A stretch of 64,000 nt of DNA from Terriglobia bacterium. GTDB lineage: Bacteria; Acidobacteriota; Terriglobia; Versatilivoradales; Versatilivoraceae. The notes beneath the pieces are model-generated. The model had not been told where the DNA came from and did no database searches. It saw only the letters and a program-made list of their open reading frames with translations. The position numbers were made by a program, and so were the translations under genes. This document shows, piece by piece, positions 45,792-56,640 of this stretch (position 1 is its first letter; each line of letters opens with the position of its first letter). The stretch lies in NCBI GenBank assembly GCA_963663845.2, contig OY760650.2, forward strand, positions 1,008,480-1,072,479, written 5' to 3'.

Positions 45792-48590
45792 ATGAAACCC
45801 AAGACTTCATGCTGTGCGGCGAAGCTGCGGTCGGCGGCGCTGGTGTTGTTGGGGGCCGCCGGCCTCTGGCAGGTGGCGGGCATCCCCGCTTGGGGCCAAA
45901 TGCCCTACCTGCGGCTCATGACGGCCTTTCCCGCCGGAGGGAAGCAGGCCTCGACGGTCGAGGTCACCGTCACCGGCAGCAACATGGACGGCGTGGACCG
46001 CCTCCTCTTTTCCCACCCGGGAATCACCGGTTCCCCTCTGATGAGCGAGAGCACCTGGCTCGAGCCGACGCCTCGCCCCCTTCCCGGCAAGTTCCAGGTG
46101 ACCATTGCCCCCGAGGTGCCCCCGGGCGTCTACGAGCTGCGCATGGCCGGGCACTTCGGGGTCTCCAACGCCCGGGCCTTCATGGTCGGGGATCAGGAAG
46201 AGGTGCTGGCGGAGGAGGACCATCACACGCTGCCAAAGGCCCTGAAGATTCCTCTGGGCGTGACCGTCAACGGACACAGCGACGAAGGCGCCGCCGACTA
46301 TTTCACCTTCGAAGCCGAGCAGGGACAGCGCATCGTGCTGAACGTGCTGGCCCAACGCCTGGACTCCAAGATGGATGCGACCCTGGCGCTGTGCGACGCC
46401 AGCGGAAGAGAGCTCCTGAGCGATCGGGATACCTATCGCCTCGACCCGTTCCTGGATTTCACGGCCCCTGCCGCCGGGCGCTACGTCGTCAAGATCTACG
46501 ACTACCTCTTTCGGGGCGGTCCCGAGTACGCCTATCGCCTCTCGGTGGGAACCCAACCGCATATCGCCTACATCTTTCCGCCGGCGGGCCCGCCCGGAAG
46601 CCGTCAATCCTACCTGGTTTACGGGCAGAATCTCCCGGGCGGCAAAACCTCCTCCGTGCGTAACCCCCAAGGAGTGCCCCTGGAGGAGAAGACCGTCGAG
46701 ATCGCCCTCCCCCAGGACGCTCATCTCCTTCCCGCCAACTCCTTCCTGGAACCGAGACAGATTGTGGCGGGAGGCATCGACTTCCGATTGAGCTCGCCCG
46801 AAGGGGTCTCCAACTCCGCCAGCCTCGGTTTTGCCACCGCTCCCGTGGTCAGTGAACTGGAACCCAACAATCAATCCCATTCGGCCCAGAAGGTTTCACT
46901 CCCCTGCGAGATCCAGGGACAGTTTTTCCCACAGGCGGACCAGGACTGGTTTGTCTTCGAAGCCAGGAAGGGCGCCAGCTACTGGATTGAAGTGTTCTCG
47001 CATCGACTGGGTCTCCCCACCGATCCCGTAGTGGTTCTGCAACGATTGTCCGTCGACGCCAACGGTCGGGAGCAACCGGAGTTGGTGGTGAGATCGGACG
47101 ATGACAAGACCTTCCTGGGCGACGAGCGCTACAACATCGGAAGCCGCGACCCCGTCTTTCGATTCAAGGCCGAGCACGACGGCGCCTACCGGCTCAAGAT
47201 TCACGATTTGGCGGCCACGCAGGAAAGCCGCCCCTCTCATCTCTACCGGCTGTCGATTCGCCATGCCGATCCCGACTTCCACCTGTTGGTGGCGACCGAC
47301 GATCCCGGAGGCTCCAACGACGACGGCATCATCTGGGAACCCCTGGCGCGGCTGGGAGGGAAGACCCGCATGAACGTCATGGCCATCCGGCGCGACGGAT
47401 TCCAGGGCAGGATCGATCTCGAGGTCGAGGGATTGCCCTCCGGGATCAGCTTCCAGGGAGCAACCATCCCGGAAGGGAGCAACGGAACCTACCTCTACTT
47501 CGAGGCCTCTCCCGAGGCGGCGGGCTGGACCGGGGCCGTGCAGGTGATCGGCAGGGCAAGCATCGACGGGCGAGCGGTTGAGCGGCCGGCGCGCCACGCC
47601 ACCCTGGTCTGGAACTCCGGCTCGCTGAGACGGGCCGGCGCCCAATCCCGGGTGGTGCGGAATCGGACCCTGGCCGTGAGCCGAAACGAGTTGGCGCCTC
47701 AACTTCCGGAGTTCCGGATCGAGAAGCAGGAGTGGGACGTGCCTCTGGAAGGCAACCTGGAAATTCCCTTTCAACTCGCTCGTCGCCCCCTTCTGCCGGG
47801 TGAGTTGAAGCTGCGCCTGGGGACGCTTGACGGACTGAGGGAAGGCACCACCAAGCTGGTTGTGGACAATGAGAGCAGCGAGGGAACGCTCGTCTACAAG
47901 GTCACCAAGCGGGGAAACGAGTTCAAGCCCGGGAAATACACTTTTTCGGCGGTGGCAACGGGACAGATCACCTATCGCAACCAACCCGAAGGGGTGGCCC
48001 AGGCCCGCCGGGAAACGATGCGGCTACAGCGACTGTCCGAACAGAAGACGGCTATGGCGGCAAGAAGCACCCGGAAGACATCTCCCCAGCCCGAGGCGGA
48101 CCCGGCCGCTCAAGCCAAGGAGGCCGAGCGGGCGCGCAGGGCGGCCGAGAAACGCCTGAGGGAGGCGATCGCCAAGGCATCCCCTCGAAAAATCAGGATG
48201 GCGGCTCATTCCAGGGCCCTGGATCTGACCATCCATCCCTCTCCCGTTCTCCTGATCGGAAAAGAGAGGGTGTGGCGCTCTCGAGCCGGGACCAACCTGG
48301 AACTGCCCCTTTCCATCGAGCGCCTCTTCAACTACGCCGACCCGGTCGAGGTCGGTCTCAAGGTTCCCATCCACATCGTCGGGATCGAGGCCGAGTCGGT
48401 GACCATCCCCAAAGGCGAGACGACCTCCGCCCTGCTTGTGCGGCTGGCTGCCGATCTGGACCCGGGCGACTATCCGCTCAGGCTCGAGGCGACGCTTCAA
48501 CTGAACGAGCAGGAGATTCAGGTGGAAGAGCCGCTGACCATCCGGGTGCAACCCGTCCTGCAGGAAACCTCTCTCAGACACCGTCCATGA
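45792..48590 (+). CDS. Planctomycete-type PPC/Ig-repeat protein
   Basis: FPAGGKQASTVEVTVTG, DYFTFEA..GQ, ELEPNN, DWFVFEA; GAGG RBS. Confidence 0.8.
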   Translation: MKPKTSCCAAKLRSAALVLLGAAGLWQVAGIPAWGQMPYLRLMTAFPAGGKQASTVEVTVTGSNMDGVDRLLFSHPGITGSPLMSESTWLEPTPRPLPGKFQVTIAPEVPPGVYELRMAGHFGVSNARAFMVGDQEEVLAEEDHHTLPKALKIPLGVTVNGHSDEGAADYFTFEAEQGQRIVLNVLAQRLDSKMDATLALCDASGRELLSDRDTYRLDPFLDFTAPAAGRYVVKIYDYLFRGGPEYAYRLSVGTQPHIAYIFPPAGPPGSRQSYLVYGQNLPGGKTSSVRNPQGVPLEEKTVEIALPQDAHLLPANSFLEPRQIVAGGIDFRLSSPEGVSNSASLGFATAPVVSELEPNNQSHSAQKVSLPCEIQGQFFPQADQDWFVFEARKGASYWIEVFSHRLGLPTDPVVVLQRLSVDANGREQPELVVRSDDDKTFLGDERYNIGSRDPVFRFKAEHDGAYRLKIHDLAATQESRPSHLYRLSIRHADPDFHLLVATDDPGGSNDDGIIWEPLARLGGKTRMNVMAIRRDGFQGRIDLEVEGLPSGISFQGATIPEGSNGTYLYFEASPEAAGWTGAVQVIGRASIDGRAVERPARHATLVWNSGSLRRAGAQSRVVRNRTLAVSRNELAPQLPEFRIEKQEWDVPLEGNLEIPFQLARRPLLPGELKLRLGTLDGLREGTTKLVVDNESSEGTLVYKVTKRGNEFKPGKYTFSAVATGQITYRNQPEGVAQARRETMRLQRLSEQKTAMAARSTRKTSPQPEADPAAQAKEAERARRAAEKRLREAIAKASPRKIRMAAHSRALDLTIHPSPVLLIGKERVWRSRAGTNLELPLSIERLFNYADPVEVGLKVPIHIVGIEAESVTIPKGETTSALLVRLAADLDPGDYPLRLEATLQLNEQEIQVEEPLTIRVQPVLQETSLRHRP

Positions 48591-50158
48591 CGCGGTTCCT
48601 CAAGACCCTTGATTCCGGCCGCCGGCGCAGGCGCCGGCCCGACCTGCCGGCACCGGGACATCCGGCGATTCTTTGGCTGACTCTGCTGGCGATCGCCGCG
48701 ACCGTTCCTGTCCGAGCTCAACTCGGCGAGGAGAAGGATGGGACCGGGGACGGGTCCATACCCATCGCGGTCCCGGACAGACAGGAGCCGGTCAGCTTCA
48801 GCAGGGACCTCCTTCCGATTTTTCAGGCCAAGTGCCTGGCCTGTCACAGCAAGAGCCTGGCGCTCGGGAACGTGGTTCTGGAAGACAGGCAGGCGATTCT
48901 CTCCGGCGACCGGGCAGAACCGCTGGTCGTTCCAGGCAACGGCGCCGACAGTCTGCTGCTCCGGGTGGCCGCTCATCAACGCCAACCCTTCATGCCGCCT
49001 GACGGCAATGCCGCCGAGGCTGCGCCCCTGACCTCCGAAGAGCTCGGACTCCTTCAACTTTGGATCGACCAGGGCGCCCGCCCGGGCGACCCGACCAGCC
49101 TCTTGCCCCGGCTGAAGTGGAAGGCCATTCCGGGGGCCTTGAATCCCATCTACAGCGCCGCCATCAGTCCCGACGGCCACTACGCCGCCTGCGGACGCTC
49201 CAACAGGATTCTCGTTTACCACCTGGCCTCGGGCCGACTGGCGGCGCGGCTCACCGACCCCTCATTGAACCCAAGCGGTCTCTATGCGGAGCCGGGGGTC
49301 AGCCACCGGGACATGGTTCACTCGCTGGCCTTCAGCCCCAAAGGCGGACTGCTGGTTTCGGGAGGCTACAGGACCCTGAAATTCTGGCGGCTGCAGACGT
49401 CGGACCCGGCTCCCACTCCGACCGAACCGAGCCGGGACAAGCCGGCATTGTCCTGGGTCCTGGAGCGGGTGGTCGGATCGGCGCAAGATCCATCGGGGCC
49501 CGTGGGCCGGGTAACGGCATTGGCCTTCAGTCCCGATGGCCAACTGCTGGCCACCGGGAGCGGAGACCCGTCCAGAAGCGGCGAACTCAAGATCTGGCGC
49601 ACGGAGAATGGGGAACTGGTGGGGGAGGTTCCCGATGCGCACATCGACACCATCCTCGGAATCGAGTTCTCACCGGACGGCCGCTACCTGGCTACCGCCT
49701 CCACCGACCGATTCGCCCGGGTCTTCGAGGTCGAGAGCCGCCAATTGGCCAAGACCTTCGAGGGACACACCCACCATGTCCTGGACGTGGCCTGGAAAGC
49801 CGACGGCAAGATGCTGGCCACGAGCGGCGCCGACGGCGCCGTCAAGCTTTGGGATTTCGAAACGGGCGAACAGAAACAGACCCTCAGCGGCTACGAGAAA
49901 GAGATCACTTCCCTGAGCTTCATTGCCGACAGCGACCGGTTGTTGATCAGTTCAGGAGATCCCATCGTACGCTTCGGCGAACGACGGCTTGGCGGCGTGT
50001 CCTCCTTCGTCCACGTGTCGGCAGTGAGCAGGGATGGCCGGACGGTGGTGGCCGGAGACCAGGACGGTCGCCTGCTGGTCTGGCGTTCCCCCGGCCTTCA
50101 GCCGCTGTTGGTGCTTGGGCCGGAAGGGAATCCCGTTGGCGGCCCTTCCGGGAAGTAG
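48587..50158 (+). CDS. Planctomycete cytochrome c domain plus WD40 repeat protein
   Basis: VSFSRDLLPIFQAKCLACH...WIDQGA; several FSPDG/WD repeats; ATGA overlap. Confidence 0.88.
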   Translation: MTRFLKTLDSGRRRRRRPDLPAPGHPAILWLTLLAIAATVPVRAQLGEEKDGTGDGSIPIAVPDRQEPVSFSRDLLPIFQAKCLACHSKSLALGNVVLEDRQAILSGDRAEPLVVPGNGADSLLLRVAAHQRQPFMPPDGNAAEAAPLTSEELGLLQLWIDQGARPGDPTSLLPRLKWKAIPGALNPIYSAAISPDGHYAACGRSNRILVYHLASGRLAARLTDPSLNPSGLYAEPGVSHRDMVHSLAFSPKGGLLVSGGYRTLKFWRLQTSDPAPTPTEPSRDKPALSWVLERVVGSAQDPSGPVGRVTALAFSPDGQLLATGSGDPSRSGELKIWRTENGELVGEVPDAHIDTILGIEFSPDGRYLATASTDRFARVFEVESRQLAKTFEGHTHHVLDVAWKADGKMLATSGADGAVKLWDFETGEQKQTLSGYEKEITSLSFIADSDRLLISSGDPIVRFGERRLGGVSSFVHVSAVSRDGRTVVAGDQDGRLLVWRSPGLQPLLVLGPEGNPVGGPSGK

Positions 50159-50204
50159 TCTGCACATTCCGGCACTCCGGTCCGTTCCATCCCACGCCGA
50201 CTCC

Positions 50205-51128
50205 ATGATCACCTCGTTTCTGCTTGCAGTGGGCCGTGCCTTCGTGGACGCCCTGCTGCCCCCCATCTTCTTTGCCGGACTGGGAACTCTCACCGACCGG
50301 CTGCTGCACTTCGAACTGCGCAGTCTGAGTCGTCTGTGCCTCTATATCCTTTCGCCCGCTCTGCTCTTCTCGTCCCTCATGAAGGTGGAGGTCAGCCTGG
50401 CGCAGGCCGGGCAAGTGGTTGCGTTCGTCTTCCTGGTCCTGGCGGGCATGGCGCTGCTGGGCTGGATTTTCGCCAGGCTCCGTCGAATGGATGGACCGAC
50501 CACCGCCGCCGCCGTCATGGCGGCATCCTTCTTCAACGCCGTCACCCTGGGATTCCCTTTCGTGCTCTTTGCCTTCGGCGAGGAAGGGCTGAGTCTGGCC
50601 GCTGTCCTGGTGGCGACCAATTCTCTGCCGCACAGCACCTGTGGACTGTTTCTGGCTGCCCGGGGCGTGCACGGAACCCGGCAATCTCTTTGGAAGCTGG
50701 CCCGGATGCCGGTTCCCTACGCCATTCTGGCCGCCCTGCTCTTGCGAGCCCTTGAAATTCCCCTGCCGGCCTCCGTCTTCCAGCCCGTCGACATCCTCGG
50801 CAGGGCCGGGATACCGGTACTGTTGATCACCATCGGAATGGAAGTGGGCCGCATCCCACTTCGGATGAACCATTCCGATGTCTGGGGGGTGGTTGCACTC
50901 AGGCTGCTGGCCGGTCCCCTGTGGGCCTGGTGGGTCGCCTCCCTGGTCGGCCTGGAGGGCCTGTTGGGTCAGGTGGTGGTGCTGCAGGCAAGCATGCCGA
51001 CGGCGATCATGCCGATCGTCTTCGCCCGAGAACTCGGCAGCAACGTCTCTTTCGTCTCGAGGGCGGTACTCTTTTCCACGCTGTCCAGCATCCTGACCCT
51101 GTCCCTGGTGCTGGTGCTGGTCCGCTGA
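50205..51128 (+). CDS. AEC (auxin efflux carrier/malate permease) family transporter
   Basis: About 10 TM segments; LSPALLFSS, N...LGFP, QASMPTA. Confidence 0.85.
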   Translation: MITSFLLAVGRAFVDALLPPIFFAGLGTLTDRLLHFELRSLSRLCLYILSPALLFSSLMKVEVSLAQAGQVVAFVFLVLAGMALLGWIFARLRRMDGPTTAAAVMAASFFNAVTLGFPFVLFAFGEEGLSLAAVLVATNSLPHSTCGLFLAARGVHGTRQSLWKLARMPVPYAILAALLLRALEIPLPASVFQPVDILGRAGIPVLLITIGMEVGRIPLRMNHSDVWGVVALRLLAGPLWAWWVASLVGLEGLLGQVVVLQASMPTAIMPIVFARELGSNVSFVSRAVLFSTLSSILTLSLVLVLVR

Positions 51129-51242
51129 GAAATGCGGGTCGAGGAAGCGACAACAGGGGTATGATAGCTGTCGTCCCGGGAAGAGAATCATCGAACTTTC
51201 CGGCTTCACCGCCGCGCAATCTCATTCCCCAGGAGAAAACTC

Positions 51243-52019
51243 ATGCACGTTCGCGAGCTGTTCGATCTTTCCGGCTGCACGGCCATCGTCACCGGGGGCA
51301 CCGGACTCTATGGAACTCCCATGTCGGAAGCCTTGGCCGAAGCCGGGGCTCACGTGGTCATCGCTTCCCGCAACGAGTCCCGCTGCCTGGAACGGGCGGC
51401 CCAGTTGGTGGACCGGGGACTGAAGGCCAGCGGCGAAAGCTACGATCAGGGGAGCGAGGAATCGATCCTGGCCTTCAGCGAGCGCGTGCTGGAACAACAG
51501 GGCTCGGTCGACATTCTGGTCAACAACTCGGTGGGACGTTCCATGAGTGGCTACGCAGCCCCCCTGGATGACTGGCGCCGGTCGATGGAGGTCAACGCCA
51601 CCGGACTCTTTACCATCTCCCGAGCCTTTCTGGACCCGATGATGAAGAGAAGCAAGGGAACCATCATCAACATCGGCTCCGTGCAGGGTGTGGTCGCCCC
51701 GGACTTCAGCAACTATGCCGGCACCCACATGACCACCCCGCCCGACTACCAGTTTCACAAGCACGGCCTGGTGGGCCTTACCAAGTACCTGGCGGCCTGG
51801 GCCGGGCCCCGCGGCGTTCGAGTGAACGCCATTTCACCCGGCGGCTACAACCCGGAGGTGGCCCACGAGCCCTTTCTGTCGCAGTACAACCGTCGCGTCT
51901 TTCTGGGGAGAATGGCGGAGTACGACGATATCAAGGGCGTGGTGCTCTTCCTGGCCTCCGAGGCTTCCCGTTACATCACCGGCCAGAACATCGTGCTGGA
52001 CGGCGGCTACTGCGCCTGA
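51243..52019 (+). CDS. SDR family oxidoreductase
   Basis: TGGTGLYG, LVNN, YQFHK (YxxxK), VRVNAISPGG. Confidence 0.9.
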   Translation: MHVRELFDLSGCTAIVTGGTGLYGTPMSEALAEAGAHVVIASRNESRCLERAAQLVDRGLKASGESYDQGSEESILAFSERVLEQQGSVDILVNNSVGRSMSGYAAPLDDWRRSMEVNATGLFTISRAFLDPMMKRSKGTIINIGSVQGVVAPDFSNYAGTHMTTPPDYQFHKHGLVGLTKYLAAWAGPRGVRVNAISPGGYNPEVAHEPFLSQYNRRVFLGRMAEYDDIKGVVLFLASEASRYITGQNIVLDGGYCA

Positions 52020-53151
52020 CCAGGTCCTCCAGCACCTCCCTGCAGCGTCGGGCGACCACTACCTCTTCGCCCGGCTCCAGCATCCATGAACTCAGTTCCA
52101 GGCGGTTTCCCTCTGTGGCGACGGGGGAGACCTCAATCCGAGGTTCACCCTGCCGGAGCGCCTCCAGGAAACGCTCCTTGCTGAACTTGAGAATCCGGTC
52201 GTCCCATTCGACGGCCAAATGCGGAACCTGGCTGGAGATGACCGGAACGAAGGGTGTGGCATTGACTCCCGGAATTCCACGAAAGGCCTCGGCGATCACT
52301 TGAAGCTGTCGCTCCCAACGCTTCCAATCGGCCTGATGATCTCGTTGCAAGTAGAGTTCCAGAGCCTTCCAAAGACCGACGATCTCCTCCTTGCCGACCT
52401 TGGACACCCGGCCGATACGGTCGGGATTGGGGGATGCGTTCAGAAAGGCGGCTCTCACCAGATCCTTGCGGCCCAACAGCAGGCCGGAGGTTTGCGGGCC
52501 CCGTATCCCCTTGCCTCCGCTGAAAGCCACCAGGTCGAACCCCAGCGCGATCAGGTCCGTGAGATTTTCCGGCGGCGGAATGTCGGCCGCGGCATCGATC
52601 AGGCAGGGCACCCCGGCATTCCTGGCAATTTCGACAAACTCCTTGCGTTGGATCCGCCCCCGGTGCTGGGCCATGTTCAGAAAAAAAAGCATGGCGGTCC
52701 CGGAGCCGATGGCGGCCTCCAGTTCCCGACGGCTTTCGACCTGAATCAACCGGACTCCAACGTTGCGAACGGCATGATCGTATTCCACCCGGTGGGACTT
52801 CTGCAGGACCACTTCGTTCTTCATTCCCCCTGTATCCGGCAGACGGCCCATCTTTTCTTCGTCGCACCCGGTCACACAGGCGGCGGTCCCCAGGGTCAGC
52901 GCCGAGGCGCAGCCGCAAGTCACCAATGCCGCCTCGGCGCCCAGCCAGGCGGCAATCTGCTGTCCGGCGGCTTCCTGCAGTTCCTGGATGGAGACGTATC
53001 GCCCGGAGGCCTCCTCCATGGCCCGAATCACCTGCGGAGCCATGAGGGAGCCGCCGTAGCGGGTGTAGCTGCCTCCCGCGTTGATGAAGGGGCGAAGACC
53101 CAGTCGTTCGTATATTGGGGCTTGCCTGGTTGGTGAACTGGATCGAGCCAC
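51976..53151 (-). CDS. SelA-like PLP-dependent transferase (DgaE-like subgroup)
   Basis: LGLRPFINAGG...GGS, IDAAAD, FSGGKGIRGPQTSG, KVGKEEIVGL; GTG start with GGGAG RBS. Confidence 0.82.
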   Translation of the reverse strand: MARSSSPTRQAPIYERLGLRPFINAGGSYTRYGGSLMAPQVIRAMEEASGRYVSIQELQEAAGQQIAAWLGAEAALVTCGCASALTLGTAACVTGCDEEKMGRLPDTGGMKNEVVLQKSHRVEYDHAVRNVGVRLIQVESRRELEAAIGSGTAMLFFLNMAQHRGRIQRKEFVEIARNAGVPCLIDAAADIPPPENLTDLIALGFDLVAFSGGKGIRGPQTSGLLLGRKDLVRAAFLNASPNPDRIGRVSKVGKEEIVGLWKALELYLQRDHQADWKRWERQLQVIAEAFRGIPGVNATPFVPVISSQVPHLAVEWDDRILKFSKERFLEALRQGEPRIEVSPVATEGNRLELSSWMLEPGEEVVVARRCREVLEDLVRRSSRRPARCSGR

Positions 53152-53416
53152 GATTCTCCCGAACGGTTGCGCCGGAACGTTCCTTGCCACTCCAACGCGA
53201 CTTGAAAGTAGCACAGTTTCGGCTGGGCCACCAAGCTCACGGGCGGGATGCCTACGGGAGCGATTCCTGTCGAAGGAATGCAGGATGGAATTGGAGGATC
53301 GGGGGGCCTGGTTGGCGGGGACAACCCGGGGGAATCGGCCTCTGGCCGAAGGGACGGATCGAGGGTGGGACACCGGAGATTCGGGCGCTCCACCCTCCGC
53401 CTGAACCGGTCCGGGC

Positions 53417-53989
53417 TCAGGACTTCTGCACGACCAGCTTGTTGGTCACCGAGAACACCCCGGGAACCCCGGAAGCCTTCAGAAAGGCGAAATGCTTGTC
53501 CGACTCGCTGATGACCGCGCCGACCAGGGTGACGTCCCCCTTGTTCACGATGATGCCGATGGCATCGTATTCGCCCAGGCTGTAGGGGAAGAGGCGGCTG
53601 CCCCGGTTGTAGAGGGCGCGATAAACCTCCAGTCGTATCTGGTCGTCGTTGGGAGAGTTCGGCAGCACCTCGATATGGTTCACGACGGTGGAGACCCCCT
53701 CGATGGCTTGAACGACTCTTCCCGCCGAATTCTTCAGGCTTGGGCTGGTGACCTGGCCAATCAACCGGACCTCATCGCCATCGAGCTGAAAGGCGAGGTG
53801 GTCGAAGACGCTGAAATAGGGGAGCATCACCAGCTCGTGCCGGATCTTGCCCTCCAGCGGTCTCTGGTCCTGGACCCCGTGACTCCCAACGTCGGTTTTG
53901 GCCGGCACCAGGTCGCCGGCCCAGGACGCCAGCGGCAGGCTCAAGAGCGCCGCCACCAGAAAAGTCGTGACCTTCTGTTTCGTTTTCAT
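53417..53989 (-). CDS. Secreted double BON-domain protein
   Basis: Signal peptide; IRHELVMLPYFSVFD, GVSTVVNHIEV, GVFSVTNKL. Confidence 0.88.
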   Translation of the reverse strand: MKTKQKVTTFLVAALLSLPLASWAGDLVPAKTDVGSHGVQDQRPLEGKIRHELVMLPYFSVFDHLAFQLDGDEVRLIGQVTSPSLKNSAGRVVQAIEGVSTVVNHIEVLPNSPNDDQIRLEVYRALYNRGSRLFPYSLGEYDAIGIIVNKGDVTLVGAVISESDKHFAFLKASGVPGVFSVTNKLVVQKS

Positions 53990-54135
53990 CGTTCCGGTCC
54001 TCCTTGTCCAATTTCGGCCCGGATTCAGACCAAGGGTTGAATCGCTCAGGGCCCGTTTGCTTGGGCACTCGAGCGGTTGACCCGCCGCCCGGTGCGACTG
54101 ACATTTCTATAGACGCAAGTCGGGGCGAAAGCGAT

Positions 54136-54172
54136 GTAAAGAGTCGGTCAATCCCGTGTAAAGTTTTGTGAT
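54136..54172. promoter_or_regulatory. CpxR-type four-half-site box upstream of the BON gene
   Basis: GTAAA-gagtcg-GTCAA-tcccgt-GTAAA-gtttt-GTGAT. Confidence 0.7.
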
Positions 54173-54364
54173 CGAGTTGGCGAAAGGCTGCGACGCCGGC
54201 ATGTGGCGGTATAGGGTCGCAACGGCAATTTCGGCGAAACCGGGCAGAAAGATCGGTCGTTCTACCTTCAGATGTCCGAGAATTCCCCACCAACCGGCAG
54301 AACAACGAACGATTTCCCCTTCAGGCAAAGGAGCTTCCCCGTGTGCCGAAAACCGTTAATTCAG

Positions 54365-56061
54365 ATGATGGCGGCCGTTTCCATATTCCTGTTGTCGTCC
54401 GACCTTCGCGCCGAATGGACTCGCTTCAGAGGGCCGAACGGTGACGGTGTCAGCACTGAAAAGCACTCCCTCCCCACCCACTGGAGCGGGACCCGTAACC
54501 TCCAATGGAAGATTCCGCTGCCCGGCCCGGGTTCCTCCAGCCCCATCGTGGTCGGCGACAAGATCCTTGTGACCTACTGGTCGGGATACGGAATGGATCG
54601 CAGAGACCCCGGCGACATGAAACAACTGCGGCGTCACCTGATCTGCATGGACCGCCATACCGGCAAGACCCTCTGGTCGGTAGCCATTGCGGCCCGCCTG
54701 CCGGAAACCGGCTACAGCAGGAGGATTAGTGAACACGGTTATGCCTCGCATACACCGGTTTCCGACGGGGAGCACGTCTATGTCTTCTTCGGCAAGAGCG
54801 GAGTGTTTTGCTTCGACATGGAAGGAAAGCAGGTCTGGCAGAGGCACGTCGGCATGGAATCGGATCCCGAAGGGCGCGGATCCGCTTCCAGCCCCATCCT
54901 CTACAAGGATCTGGTCATCGTTACCGCCGGCGCCGAAAGCGAAGCCCTGGTAGCCTTGAACCGGAAGACGGGGGGATCGTAGCCGGTCTTGTACATGTAC
55001 TGAAGTCCCAGGGAGTCCGCCTCGGTTTCCGCAGCGGCTGAACCGCAGGAACTGCATCGGAATCAGGAAGCTGGATGCATTGTAGATCGCTCAGGCCGGC
55101 CCGACGGACAGCAATGGGGCCTCAACCCGAACACCGGCAGACCGTTGGCGGGGCGGTCAGAAACGATTCCAGCGGATTTCCCACGGGATCTATGCCGTCG
55201 TCCGGCGCAAGGGGAGCCGGCGGGATAGCCGTCCGGGCGGGAGGAAAGGGTGACGTCACCGGGTCTCGCGTGGTCTGGTCTGCCCGTCATGCCAACCGGA
55301 CGGCGACACCCATCCTCTACCAGGGTCGACTCTACACATTCTCGAGCCGGATCGTCACCTGCATCGACGCCGCAACCGGCAACGAGATCTTCAAGGCCCG
55401 CCTGAGCGCGGACGGCGCTGATCCTGCAACTCGGGGCAACTCCAGAAGAGGTGGTTTTGGGAGTGACTACGCATCTCCTGTCATCGGCGACAGCAAAATT
55501 TATTTCGTGACGCGCTCCGGACAGGTCTTCGTGCTCAAGGCCGGCGAGCGATTCGAACTCCTGGCCGTCAATCAGATGGGCGACGAAGGCGAGGACTTCA
55601 GCGCCACGCCGGCCATCAGCAAGGGTCGCCTATACCTGCGTTCCAACCGCAATCTCTACTGCCTCACACTCAAGGAGGACCAGGGTAGTTCCGCCGGGCT
55701 ACAGGCTGAAGCCGCCGCTGCTCCGGAGGTCAGGGAAACTCCTTCAGCTTCGCAACTTCAGGCCCTCGACCGGCTTGACCTGACGCTCGATCTGCCGGGA
55801 GAGCTGACGGCCCAGCGATCTCCGGCGATCGGGATGTTCAAGTTCCCCTTGTTGACGTTTCGATTCCCGATCCTCGTCCAGGTGGAGTTCTTGGGGGCCT
55901 TGGCAAAGGACGGTCGCGATGCAGGACCGCCGGTTCCGAGAGGCATTCAGTCAGATGCGCAGGAGAGGCCGCGGCCGTCCTCCCGGCCGGGAAGGCGGGA
56001 GATTCGGCGGCCGGGATCGACGCCAGGGACGTCCCGAGCGGCCCCAGCGTCCGGAAAGTGA
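54365..56061 (+). pseudogene. PQQ-like beta-propeller protein interrupted by M48-derived segments (disrupted or mis-assembled)
   Basis: N-half WTRFRGPNGDG...SSPI stops at 54982; C-half ASPVI...SATPAI..GRLYLRS lies in another frame; M48 copies at 54973-55090 and 55755-55913. Confidence 0.7.
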
Positions 56062-56130
56062 AAGTTGACCGCGACGCGGTCCCGGCCAGGACCGCCAGGC
56101 CGGCGGTACGGCTTATTTGAAACAAAAAAA

Positions 56131-56230
56131 GAGTTATCCACGAAGACACACGAAGGACTACGAAGGGACACGAAGAAAAACTGAAAGGAATCTCTCCATA
56201 TTCGTGTTCATTCGTGTCCATTTGTGGTTC
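56131..56230. repeat. Hairpin element with 10-nt periodic arms, family D
   Basis: (ACGAAGnnnn)x4 at 56140-56175 facing TTCGTGTTCA TTCGTGTCCA TTTGTGGTTC. Confidence 0.75.
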
Positions 56231-56296
56231 ATCTTTAGTAAAGAGATTCAGTAGTTTCTTCCTCGAATGACCTGTCCGGCAGGGCGGGGGCGGCAC

Positions 56297-56583
56297 TTAC
56301 CTGAAACAAACGCCAGCGCTTGGTGGCTGGAAACCGGTTCAAAGTCACGCAGGGGTCAATGGTTAATTCACATCGATGCACGGGATGCACAGGATTTTTT
56401 CTGGGGATGGCAGGCTTGCGGTCCTGAACAACCGCAAATCCGCACCGGATCATCGCCTGAGCCGGCTTCTCGTGCAGGAAGCTCTCGTCCTGTCAATCCT
56501 GTGCATCCTGTGCATCGATGTTCAATCAAGAATTCGTCTCGATGGATCTGCTCCCTTGCGGGCGGGACGCCCGCGCTCCCGGG
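56297..56583 (+). repeat. Family C element copy 2 (56297-56526) plus a REP unit (56557-56583)
   Basis: Direct repeat of 30365-30594; followed by TGCGGGCGGGACGCCCGCGCTCCCGGG. Confidence 0.88.
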
Positions 56584-56640
56584 TGGGCTTCAATCCGTGA
56601 CGTCGTCGTAGCGGCGAAAGCTCCCCGGGATCGCTCCGGA

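Noticed and set aside
51976-52019. 44-bp 3' overlap of convergent SDR and SelA-like genes
   Set aside because: Short convergent overlaps are common in high-GC genomes.
51976-53151. Selenocysteine synthase selA
   Set aside because: The motifs fit the SelA-like/DgaE subgroup; no selB or tRNA-Sec was seen nearby, so no symbol was assigned.
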